This document shows positions 27,701 to 39,700 of a stretch of DNA of 64,000 nt, one piece after another. Source of the stretch: Asterias rubens (Eukaryota); the NCBI RefSeq assembly GCF_902459465.1, contig NC_047067.1:7750001-7814000 (forward strand). Reading direction: 5' to 3'. The notes beneath the pieces are model-generated. The model searched no databases, was not told the origin of the DNA, and was given only the letters and a program-made list of their open reading frames with translations. Within the stretch, counting starts at the first letter, position 1; each line of letters starts with the position of its first letter. The position numbers were made by a program, and so were the translations under genes.

Positions 27701-30700
27701 ATTTTCTAGTGTAAAAAGGCCAAATCACATCAATCTCCACATAATAAACTTGGGTCACTGACATTGCCAGCCAAAATTGACAAGGTTTATAAATATTTAT
27801 CTATATTCCTCAGTCCTATAAAATCACTCCTACGAACTTAAGGAATATTGTTGTTCTGTACTTAATAGGACATCTTCAGGTCCCTCTGAACCACCATCCT
27901 GCAGGCTGTAGCTTTAGTTTAATAACAAATAAATGTAAAATGTAGAGGCTTAATGTGACAGAGAAGTGGCCTATAATAGTACTGAACTTGCAGTTGTTTG
28001 CATTGTAGTATTTTGTAGTCGCTGGGAAGCAACTGTGATTTTCTTCTTTCTCTCGCTAGATTTTATGCCATACCTCTAGGATTCATCTTAAGATGTGTTG
28101 CCAGTATAAAACTTGTTTTGTGACATCCCACTTTTTTTTGTAATTAAGAGTGATTCACAGTTAAGATAAATGTTCAGCTCATTTTAAAATTGAGCCCAGG
28201 CAATCTAGAAATACAAGAGCAAGTGTACAAACCGTATGGAGCTCTTGCCACTCGAGCAGCCGATGGTTCGCTAGCTCTGCCAACACCGGCCTTGTTCTCA
28301 GCACTGACTCTAAACTCATACTTTTTGTCTTCAGTCAAATCTCGGACAGTGTAGGTGGTGTCTCTGACCGCCTCTCTGTGCGTCTTGACCCAGCGACTGG
28401 TGCTGAGGTCGTGTCTCTCGATGATGTAGCCTGTGATTGGGCTTCCTCCATCGCTAACGGGCGCGGTCCAGGACAGGGTCATTGATGACTCTGTGGATTC
28501 TAGGATGGTGGGAGAGCTTGGCGCATCTGGAACATCTGAGAATTGGGTTAAATGTGAAGGTTAATTTATGACCAGGGGTCAATTTCATCAAGGTGCTTTA
28601 ACAGAAAATACAAAAAAAAAAATTTAAAACACCAGTCACAGATGGTACAAAATTTTGGCTGGTAACTGTATTCTGGTAACAACATATTGTTGTTTGAAGT
28701 TACTTTTTTGTTTTCGCACCTCTATAAAATTGGGCACTTAATACACTTAACTAAATTAGCACTCCTTTTTTTTTGGGGGGGGGGGTTAACAAATGACAGC
28801 AAAAACTGCTTTGAACAATCACTTATGAGAAGTTTTGTTTAGACTGATATTGTGCAAGTTTTTAAGTTAAATAGGTAAAAGGGATTTTAGATTTACTTTT
28901 GAAGTTACATATTCAAAAATTTCTTTAACATTCCGTTACTTTAGTGCTGGGTCTTTATGTCCAAATGCTTACCATAGGGAGCCTTTGCAGTGAACCGGTT
29001 ACATTGGTCGCTTGGTTTACCGACCCCAGCCTTGTTGACTGCACAGATACGGAACTCGTAGTCATTGCCTTCAGACAGGCCACGTACAGGATGGGAAGTT
29101 GCATCAGCATTTACCTAATTAAGCAAAACAAAAAACTTTCTTTTACTCAGTTAGCAAGAACAAATCAAACATTGACACTAATATAAGGGAATGTCGAAGG
29201 TTAACAACTAAATTCTGTAATATTTTGTGATTACATTTATGATTAATGGTAGCTATAACAAAAAATGAGAGTGAAATGATGAAGCACAAACAAGTTTTAA
29301 CATGTGATGATGAGAACAAGGTACTTGTTTTTAACCTCCCTGCCTGGTCCCGCATGCATTTGCCTGGTATCCCTTAAAATAAATATGCCACACGAATGAG
29401 CACTTTTGAGGGTCCACTGAACCCATTTCAAGTGTAACATAAGATTGGGTAGACTTTTCAGATATCTTTTCAAGAATCAACTTACCTCATCAAGCTTTGT
29501 CCAACGAGTCGCAAACTTATCTTTCCTCTCAATGACATAACCTGTAACTTCAGCTCCACCATCATTGCTGGGGGCTGACCAACTCAAGAGGGCGCTGTTA
29601 GCTGTGATGTCAGATACGTCGGGCGCATCAGGGGAGCCGGGAACATCTATGAGGGAATTAAAATGTGTACAATGAATACCATTGAATAGACAAACTAGAA
29701 TTATTCTAATTATTTACAAGTCACCACCAAGGACGTAAATGGTTTGTTTCAAAACGACCTTGTGGTTGAAGATGGCACAAGATTCAACCAATTTCTATTC
29801 TTTGAAAGGCAAGGACATGTCCTCAACTGACCAAGTAACCAATTTATTCAGCACATTATCACATGTTCATTTTTCGAAACAAACAAAATCTGTGTTAATT
29901 TTCTTTCCCAGTGGAAAAGAATATGTTGAAAATCAGCACAAAGCCTTGCTATATGGAAATGATAAAACTGGACATTGATATTTTAAAAACTCAAATGGCG
30001 CATGAAAATGATTTACCCCTGTCATCAGGCCTTACATATTTCCTTCAACCATCACAGCTCCTTCTGAAGGATGCAACTTTTGCTCCAAGAACCAACTCTA
30101 CTCTTACAGGTACCAATTTACCTCATAGGAGAAGCATTCATAATTAAACAAGTGTGTTGCTCAAGGACTGTGTCATCACAAGTGTCATGACTGGGATTCT
30201 GACTACATCCCAATATACACTAGACTAATTGATAAGCCATGACATGCCACATCTGGCCCTTTCAGTTTCTTTTAGAAACCCATGCTTCATCAAGAGATCT
30301 ATCACAGGCAATCACAAAGACGACCATACAAAGTGTTGTACTCACCATAAGGGGGTTTGGCAACAGCTTGCTCTGACGGCTCACTAAACTTCCCAACTCC
30401 TGCCTTATTCTCAGCTGCCACTCTAAAGACGTACTTGCTTCCCTCCGAGAGGCGAGTGACCGTGTGAGTGGTCTCAAAGATGGACGTATTCACCTTCGTC
30501 CATCGTGTTGCAAAGTCTTGTCTCATCTCAATGATGTAGCTGGTGATGGGACTGCCGTTATCAGAGAGGGGCGGAGACCATGATAGGACCATGGAGGTGG
30601 AATTGATGTTGGAGGTCTGTGGCACGCCTGGAGCATCTGGTGCATCTGAAAGAATCAAAATACAAAACATGAGTGAGTCATTACAATAAATTAGTCTAAT

Positions 30701-33700
30701 TTAAAACTTTATACTTCCCTACTTCGAACTAGTTGTCGAACAAGGTATTTCCAGTTGTTTTCACTGGTTTGGAAACATTCATATCTGACGATGGTTCTGG
30801 CTTATATTTTTTTGTATTTTGATGACGTATGAGCATGCACGCAGTTGCAACAAGTATGAATTGGCCTTGAGAGTGATGCGCATCAAGCAAGGGATCAGTA
30901 AGTGTCATTTAACAAAGTCTTATTTGCCAGTTTTCTGCTGGTTATATTTCTATGACCTACAGAAGCCCGGTTCATACTTCCTGCGAATGTGAATGCGATA
31001 CGAATGTTGACGTCACAAATTCACAACGAAAATCGAGCTGAGTCGTGCTCAACTCACTTGCGATTATCGCTGCGAAAGGAGGGCTGTGACGTCAAATTCA
31101 CTTCAAATTCGCTTCGCATTTGCATTCGCAGGAAGTATAAACCGGGCTTAAGGGTACCTACCATAAGGAGCCTTAGCAAGTTGAGCTGGCGATGCTGTAC
31201 CTGGCTTCCCAGTGCCTGCCTTATTCTCCGCTATGATCCTGAACTCATACTCTGACCCCTCCCTGAGGTTGGACACTGTAAACGAGGTATCCGTGATCGG
31301 GACTCTGTTGACGACGCTCCAACTCATCTTGCTGGTGTCCCGACGTTCAACGATGTAGCCTGTGATGGGGCTGCCACCATCTGATGTGGGAGGAGACCAG
31401 TGAAGAATCATGGAGTTGGCATTGATGTCAGTGACGTCTGGTTGGCTTGGGGCACCAGGGATATCTAAGAGAAGGAATTAATTAATGGCACAATAAGTTA
31501 CTTCAATTGGAATTGAACATCTCAAGTGAAGAATTTTTTTCATAGGGTAAAGTGACATTGGGAGCCAAAATAGGGCAGAAAAACAGTGAAGTAGCCCTTG
31601 TTAATAAATGGACATTTTCAAATTCAATGATAGATATTTAGCTCTTCTTCATTAAGTGCAGGCCACTTGGTCTGAAGAAAGTGGTCTACCTTTTGGGTTG
31701 CACAGAATAATCTATTCATAATTAATCTCATAGCTTGTCACTTCTCTGAGGAAATATGAAGAGATTTTAACATTTACTTCCTGAGTTATTCCTGCTTTCT
31801 TACAAAGTCAATATTCATAGAAGCATCCAACGATAGAACTTTCCAAACTATGAAGGTCGTGGGTTCGAATCTCACCTGAGTAATATGCCTGTGATTTTTT
31901 CACAGAACTCGGGAAAGTTCTGAGTATACAATGCTAACAAACATCGGTGTATATGGGTAAAAACCCAAAATTAATATTATGAAAATGTTTTGAAAAAGAA
32001 AATTGAAAAAGTGTACATTTTGACTCCCAAATCATTGACATTTGACACTTACTATAAGGAGGTTTAGCAACGGTTGGTCTTGTAGCCTCACTGTATTTCC
32101 CAGGTCCAGCCTTGTTCTGAGCCACTACTCTAAACTCGTACTCCATCCCTTCTGACAAACCGCTCACTGTGAATGAAGTATCTGGAACCTCTCGCTTAGT
32201 GACAGGGGTCCAATGGGTGCTGAAACGATCTTGTTTCTCTACGACGTAGCCCGTGATTGGACTACCCCCGTCTGATTCGGGCTCGGTCCATGAAAGACGC
32301 ATTGAGGATGAGGTTATATCTGATAGGTTAGGGACACCTGGAGCATCAGGAGCATCTTGGATGGTGATAAAGAGTAAACTAAATTAATTCCCAGTTCCGT
32401 ATAAAAATTAAATGAAAAATGCAGGATTCAAGCTTCCTTCTTCCAACCAAGCGAATTGACTACATTTTTTTACTGCAAGTGGTGGCTTTCAATTAAAAAT
32501 GTCCTTGTGTTACAGTTAAAGTTTTATCTTCTTTAAACTCAGTTCAGTCCCCACATGCCCTCACATGGTAAAAAAAAGTGCACATCGGCAGGCCCAATGG
32601 TTATGACATTTGCTTGAAAATTTCCTCCATCAGAAAATTATCTCCGCAGTTTAAAGATTAAAACAAATGTACATATGCAAAACTCTTACTGAGGTATTAA
32701 AACACACACAAATATTTTAAATTAGGAAATTTGAAGTAGATTTACCATAAGGTGCCTTTGCTCTGGTAGTGTCCGAAGCTGGGCTTGGTGCCCCGACTCC
32801 TGCTTTGTTCACAGCACACACTCTGAACTCATAGTCAGTTCCCTCAGTCAGACCTGTCACCCGATAGGTCAGATCATCCACTGGTTCCCTGGTGATCAGT
32901 GTCCAGCGTAGGCTCCTGGCATCCTTCCTCTCGATGTGGTAACCGGTTACCATAGACCCACCATCTGAGCTGGGCTCTGACCAGCTCAATGTCATGGTTG
33001 ATTCGGTCACTTTGGATATCTGGGGAGCTCTAGGAGCACCTGGAACATCTGTCGGAGAATCGGTGGGAATATTGTTCATAAATGCCTTTATGCTTTACTC
33101 AAGCAGTGCTCTGTGCCGATTAAATTGGCAAACAATTGAAATGTGTACTTGTAGGGCTGATTAAATTTTACATTTGTGATGGTAACAATACGCCACATGA
33201 CCTTTAAAATCACCTCTGAAAAATTGAAAGTTTTGACAAAAAATAAATATCGGAAAGTCAGTTTTGAATTTGCTAAGCAGAATTTCCTGCTTGTCAGCTG
33301 GTATGAAATTGGTCCTTGATACTTAGTGGATTTTGTTTAGTAGCTCATTTAATTCTGTATTATCATTCTCATTGATTTGTGTGGATTTCTAGGGCAGTGC
33401 CTAGACAAAGGCCTGCATATTGAGGACACAATTTCATGCAATCTGCAACCTACCATAAGGTGCCTTTGCAACTCTCGGCTCCGTAGGCTCACTTGGCTTT
33501 CCTTCGCCTCCCTTGTTCTCTGCCACCACCCTGAACTGGTACTCCTCGCCTTCTTTCAATCCTGATACCTTAAAGGTAGTGTCTAGTGTGGGTTCTCGGT
33601 TGACTCTGGTCCAGCGAAGCCCGAACCGATCCTTCTTTTCTATGAAGTAGCCAGTGATGGGACTGCCACCGTCGGTTGAAGGTGGGGACCAAGAGAGTGT

Positions 33701-36700
33701 CATGGAATCCGGGGTTACGTCAGTAACCTTAGGAATGGTGGGTGCTGAAGGAGATTCTGTGTTGTAGTGAAAGCAAATGGAATAAGATACAGTTGGTGTC
33801 AGCATCATTATTGACACTCAAAGGAATTTCATTTTCCGGGAAACCTTTTCGGAATTCTGCAAACTCTTTTAAGCATTGATACCCAAAACCATTAATCTCT
33901 GTACTTATGAACTGCCCCCATGGTTGACTTGATAATGCTGTATTAAATTAATCAGGAAAGAACATTCATTTATTTCGGAGGATTAAAGGACCAGGTTAAG
34001 GGATGAAAAAAACTCACCATAGGGTGGCTTAGCCTTAACAGCTTTCGACGGTTCGCTCGGTTGGCCAACTCCGGCTTTGTTCTCAGCACTGACTCTGAAC
34101 TCATAATCTACCCCTTCCTTCAGATCAGTAGCAGTGAAAGTTGTCTCTAGGATGTTGTACTTATTGACACGGGTCCAGCGGGAGCTGAACCTATCGCGCT
34201 TCTCAACGACGTACGTCAGGATTGGACTGCCACCATCTGAGAGAGGCTCGGCCCATGTGAGTACCATGGATGAGGATGTGACGTCTGATATGACTGGAGT
34301 ACTGGGTGCACCAGGCACACCTACACAAAGATAACAAAATATGTATCGTTTCAATACATAAGAACTTGTAAAATGCAATGGGAGACTTTCTGGGACGATA
34401 GAGGGCAGTAGACTTACCGGGTAAATCCATTGTTCTCAGAATTATGTGCATGTTCAGAACTACGTAAACAATGGAAATTTACCCGGTATGTCTGCTGCCA
34501 CCTAGCGTTGGAAAGTCTCCTATTACAAATCATTTAAAACAACTTGATTTTCTGTCTATTTTAACATGCTTGCTGATGTCATTAAAAATTGCAGACTTGG
34601 TGACCCAGGTATAAATACAGCAAGTAAAAGTTTCTAAAACGAATGTAAAAGGGAATTACAAGTCTTTCAAAACAACATTTTAAAACAAGTATTATTGAAA
34701 AGTTATGACGAAATTTAAAGTTAAAAAATTTCACCATATGGTCATAAAAATATAAGCGCCAGTGAAGTTAATAACAAGAATTCCCCTTAATCCACTAGTA
34801 GTTCCAGCAGAGTTTCTACCTAGGTAGCTAATGAGCAGGAGAGTTCTTTTGAGAACTGAGAAGTCTCCCAAATCCTGAAAAATCTAAGTCTTGGTAGTAG
34901 AGAAGACTCTCGAACTCAACAAATTCTACTCTGCGGCAATAGAAAAGTTCTCATGATAACATATTCCACCCAGCAAGAAGATATACAAATGGTGCAAACC
35001 AAATATACATTGATATTAACTCACCATATGGCGATTTGGCTACTCTGCTCTCCGACACATCACTCGGTGGTCCCACACCGGCCTTATTCTCAGCTGATAC
35101 TCGGAACTCATACTCGGTCCCCTCAATCAGATCTACCACGGTGAACTCCGTCTCAGAGATTCTGTCTCGCGTAACTCGCATCCATCGGGTGGAGAACTTG
35201 TCCTTGCGTTCCAGGACGTAGTTGGTGATTGGACTTCTGCCATCTGAGTCTGGTGGTGACCAGGCAAGGGTCATTCTGGTGCTGTCTACTTGGGTGATGC
35301 GTGGCTTGGACGGAGCACCAGGGGTGTCTGAAATTAGATGATAATATTGCATCAAAATTAATTCTCATGTGATTTAATACAATAATAAACAAAATTTTGA
35401 TTGGGGGGGGGGGAGATGGAAGTTGCCAATATAAAGGCAATAATAAAATGTATATGTTGTCCCTGAAAAGAGCCATTAATGTGGTCTCGACGTTTCAAAC
35501 AGTATTCTCTGCTCGTCTTCGGGAGAGCCATTCCTCCCTTAAGAAAAATTACACATGGTTGTGCATACAAGCCTATGGTTACTTCATGTTACGCACACTG
35601 TGCCAAGCTTTATTGTACATCAGTATTATTATAATTCAGCCTGCCGCCTGCGACAAGCAGATTTGAATAAACCAGTAAAAATAAAGTTGCTCACCATATG
35701 GAGGTTTAGCTTTCTTGGCTGCTGACTCCTCACTCGGTTTACTTGCTCCTGCAGCATTCTCAGCACTGACTCTGTACATGTACTCATTCCCTTCATGTAA
35801 GTTGCTCACTGTGTAGCTGAGATCTTTCACTGTGTACTTGTTGACGCGGAACCATCGCCGTGTGCTGGTGTCACATCTCTCGATGATGTAGCCTGTGATC
35901 GGGCTGCCTCCGTCGGTTGAAGGAGCTGTCCAAGACACTGTCATCGACGTGGACTGGACGTTGGAAATATCGGGAGTACCGGGTTGGCTTGGGACATCTA
36001 AAAAGATAAAAAGTTATGTGTTGCTTAAAAATAGGAATAAACCATTACCAGTTTTATCTCAAGTTATTATTAATTGAAAAAATAAAAAATATAAACTTTT
36101 TGTTGTTTGTGTTTTTTGATAATCATTATACCTACCAGTTTTGAATATCTATTTTGGTTAAACAAATTTTTGTTTTTTACAGTTTTTGTTGAAATCGTTT
36201 GACTTATTTTAAAGTTGGCTTTAGACACTTGATGCTCATTCCATGTATTGGTGCACAAAATAAGTTGTGACTTGCAGCATTTTAGTTTTAAAAAAAAAGT
36301 AAAAAGTTTAATTGTTAAAATATTTAACACAGAATCCGTTAACACAGATTTTGCAGTAGGTATTCATTTATTACAATGGCGAGGTTTTAAACCGCGATCG
36401 TACTGTGTTAATGCACCCAGGAATTGCACATCCCCCAGGAGTGCTAAAATGCCTAGGAGTGTTAAGAACTGTCATCAGACCCAGGCATTTATCACTTACC
36501 ATACTGTGCCTTTGCAGTGTACGCCTGGGATGTCTGGCTTGGTTTGCCCGCTCCGGCCTTGTTCTCAGCACTCACTCTGAACTCATAAGTGTTACCCTCC
36601 TTCAGTGACGAAACCTCGAAGGACGTCGCTGTGACCTCCTTAGAGTTAACTCTCCTCCAGTAGGTGGAGAATTGCTCCTTGGTCTCAATGATGTAAGTGA

Positions 36701-39700
36701 TGATGGGGCTTCCTCCATCAGAGCGAGGGGCGGTCCAGTCGATTGTCATTGATGTTGAATTGATGTCGGCAGCAGTGGGCTGACCGGGTGCTTCGGGCAC
36801 ATCTGTAGAATTGAAAGATCAAGTAAAAAATCAAGAACTTGAAACCAAAAAAACAAAAAAATTACAGTCGGCTCTCGTTTTAAAGAGCACTATTATGAGA
36901 GGTTCTGCTTATATAAAGAGTACATTCTGAAGTCCCAAATCCCATTTCTGCTTTGTATTTCTGTGTAATGCGGTCCGCTTATAAAATTCTGTTCTAAAGA
37001 GGTACTTTGGCAAGTCTCAACGATCTTGTTAAAATAAGAGTCGACTGTATCTTTGCAATATAGTTGCCCTAAAACATAAAACAGTCTACATGTATATCAT
37101 CCACATGTAGAAACCGCTTAGAAGACAAAAAACAGTTTCCAATGACATATTTGAAAGTGACTGCATTGAGTTTGGATAAAGAGAGGTACATTCGCCAATG
37201 ATTGCCTGATATAAAAAAATCAAAAATAAATACATGCAGTATAAAATATTTCATTCTTACCATAGGGTGGTCTCACAACCACTTTGTCAGTTGCGTCACT
37301 TGATTTCCCCAGCCCGGCCTTATTCTCAGCTGTCACTCTGAACTGTAGCTCCTCCCCTTCTTTCAGTCCAGTCACATTGAAGTTTGTGTCAGGAGTACGC
37401 CCCACTTGGGTCCAGCGAATGCTAAATGGTTCTTTCTTCTCAATGATGTAATTTGTGATTTTATCTCCGCCATCGTCTCTGGGTTTGCTCCATGAGAGAT
37501 TGACGGAGCGTGTCGTTTGGTCGGTTACTTCAGGGACACTTGGTGCATCTGGTGCAACTATTGGAAAATAAAAACATGTGAAACTTTTTTTTTATATGGA
37601 TACACCAACAATTTGTTTTTAAGCTTTGAAAATGCCAAAATAAATAAATGTACTAAAATATATTATTTATCAATATAAACCACAATTATATATTATTTAG
37701 AAAAATTTTTGTTTCTCAAACCAATAAAAACACTACGGTCAGAGAAAGGAACTGTTATCCATATTTTCCAAATTATGTGAAGAACTTGTTCTCTGCTAAG
37801 CAGAAAAAAGGTGATTTCTATGTATCAGAATTAATTTCTGACAATTCTGTATCCAAGGTTTAGAGCTCAAAAGATGAGACAAATTCCATTCACCTGACAC
37901 CTTTTAAAATTTGTTTTCATCTATAGAGTGCAAATATCTGTTGTTAAAGTTATTGAAATACAAATACAAATTCAAAAGCTGTGAGGCTACAATTTGTAAC
38001 AGATTCCACCCTTACAACATACCATATGGTGGTTTTGTAACAACAACGTCCGAAGGCACACTGGGCTCTCCAGTTCCAGCCTTGTTAACGGCGCTGACTC
38101 GGAACTCATATTCCCTGCTTTCAGCCAAGTCTCGTACAGTGAAAGATGTATCGCTGACCTCATATTGATTGCACTTGGACCATCGGCCTATACCACCTTC
38201 TTGCTTCTCAATGATGTAACCGGTGATTGGGCTCCCGCCGTCAGACGGAGCTGACCAGGAAATGGAGGCAGATGTGGTCGTCGAGTTGGCAATGTCTGGT
38301 TTGCGTGGGGCATCCGGTACTCCTACAGCAAATTGGCAACACATTAGTTTGTAGGATTTGAAACTTTGCATGGTGGAAATACGATACATATAAAAAGTTT
38401 GCGGTAACACCATGTAATGATTATCTCTAAATGAGTTGGGGTGGTTCTGAAAAGGACCAATGGTTTCAACTCGCATTTCGATCAGTATGTGCTTTGATCG
38501 TCTTCAGGAGAAAGCTGGACTCTGATACATAAGTTTGTAAGAGAAATTTGTATGAGCGATCGCCTAACATCACAAGGCCTAGGACGGCCAGTTCAAGGCG
38601 AGGGCTACATTGAACTGATTTTGGCTATCAACCCAAATCAACTGCCACCAGGGGCATGTTGCAATGTACTCCTGGGTTGAAACAGGGTTACCCCATTCAC
38701 AGTCTGTAAGGATCTAGGCATGGGTATCAACAATAGGAGCCCGGCTGGTACAGCAGAATGCACTACCTTCCCAACTTTTAATGAAGCAATTATTTGAGTT
38801 AATGCCTTGCTCAAGGGCACAAGTGTCATGACTGGGATTGGAACCCACACTCTGCTGCTGAAAACACCAGAACTTGAGTCTGTCGAACTAGACAGCTCAG
38901 CCACAACAAGCCAAATTAGCCACAGTTAGCCAAATTGCAGTTGCATAAATGTTGTTTTTCCAAAAGACATGATTTTCACTTAAGCAGCAGGAAGCAAAAT
39001 GAAATGTTTGTAAGAGTTAAGTTTTTTTACCATATGGTTTCTTGGGCGTGACCGTTGAAGATGGTTCACTTGGTTGACCCAATCCAGCCTTGTTTTCGGC
39101 TGCCACTCTGAACACGTATCCAGTACCCTCTCTCAGTTTTGTTGCAGTAAACTCAGTGTCTGAAATGCGTTCTCTGGTCACCTGATTGAGAATGACAAGA
39201 AAGAATTGATACATTATTTTTTACTACAGTTGTCAAGGGGGTGGGAAGGACACCCAGTTGGGAAGAGGAGATGGGAAAGGAAACCCAGTGGTGTAAAGGA
39301 GAGGGGGAATGAAAACCAGTAGGGTAGGGGAGTGGGTAGATGAGTGGGGTAGAGGATAGGGGAAAGGAATCCCACTGGGGTACAGGAGTGGGGAAAGGAA
39401 ACCCAGTTGGGTACAGGAAAGGGGAAAGGAAACCCAGTTGGGTACAGGACAGGGGAAGTTAGACCCAGTGGGGTAGAGGATAGGGGAAAGGAAATCCACG
39501 GGGATACAAAAGTGGGAAGTCAAATCTTAGACCGTCAAAAGGATAACCGATCTTTGAGAATTCATACCTGGGTCCACCTAGAACTGAATTCCTCTTTCAT
39601 CTCTACGATGTAGCCCATAATTTTGGCCCCTCCGTCTGAGGTAGGTGGTTTCCATGACAATGTCACCGAGTGCTCTTGAATGTTGTCTGCCGTTGGCCTA

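Noticed and set aside
27855-27905. Minus-strand LQDGGSEGPEDV resembling an Fn3 fragment or micro-exon
   Set aside because: It is too short, has no polypyrimidine tract and no in-frame donor; probably chance.
14655-28785. Short microsatellites and homopolymers: (TATG)n ~14660, (CTAT)n ~15775, (TA)n ~24860, polyT/polyG ~28765
   Set aside because: Ordinary low-complexity intron sequence.
39233-39613. Pro-rich and Gly/Lys-rich ORFs
   Set aside because: They are translations of the 31-bp minisatellite.
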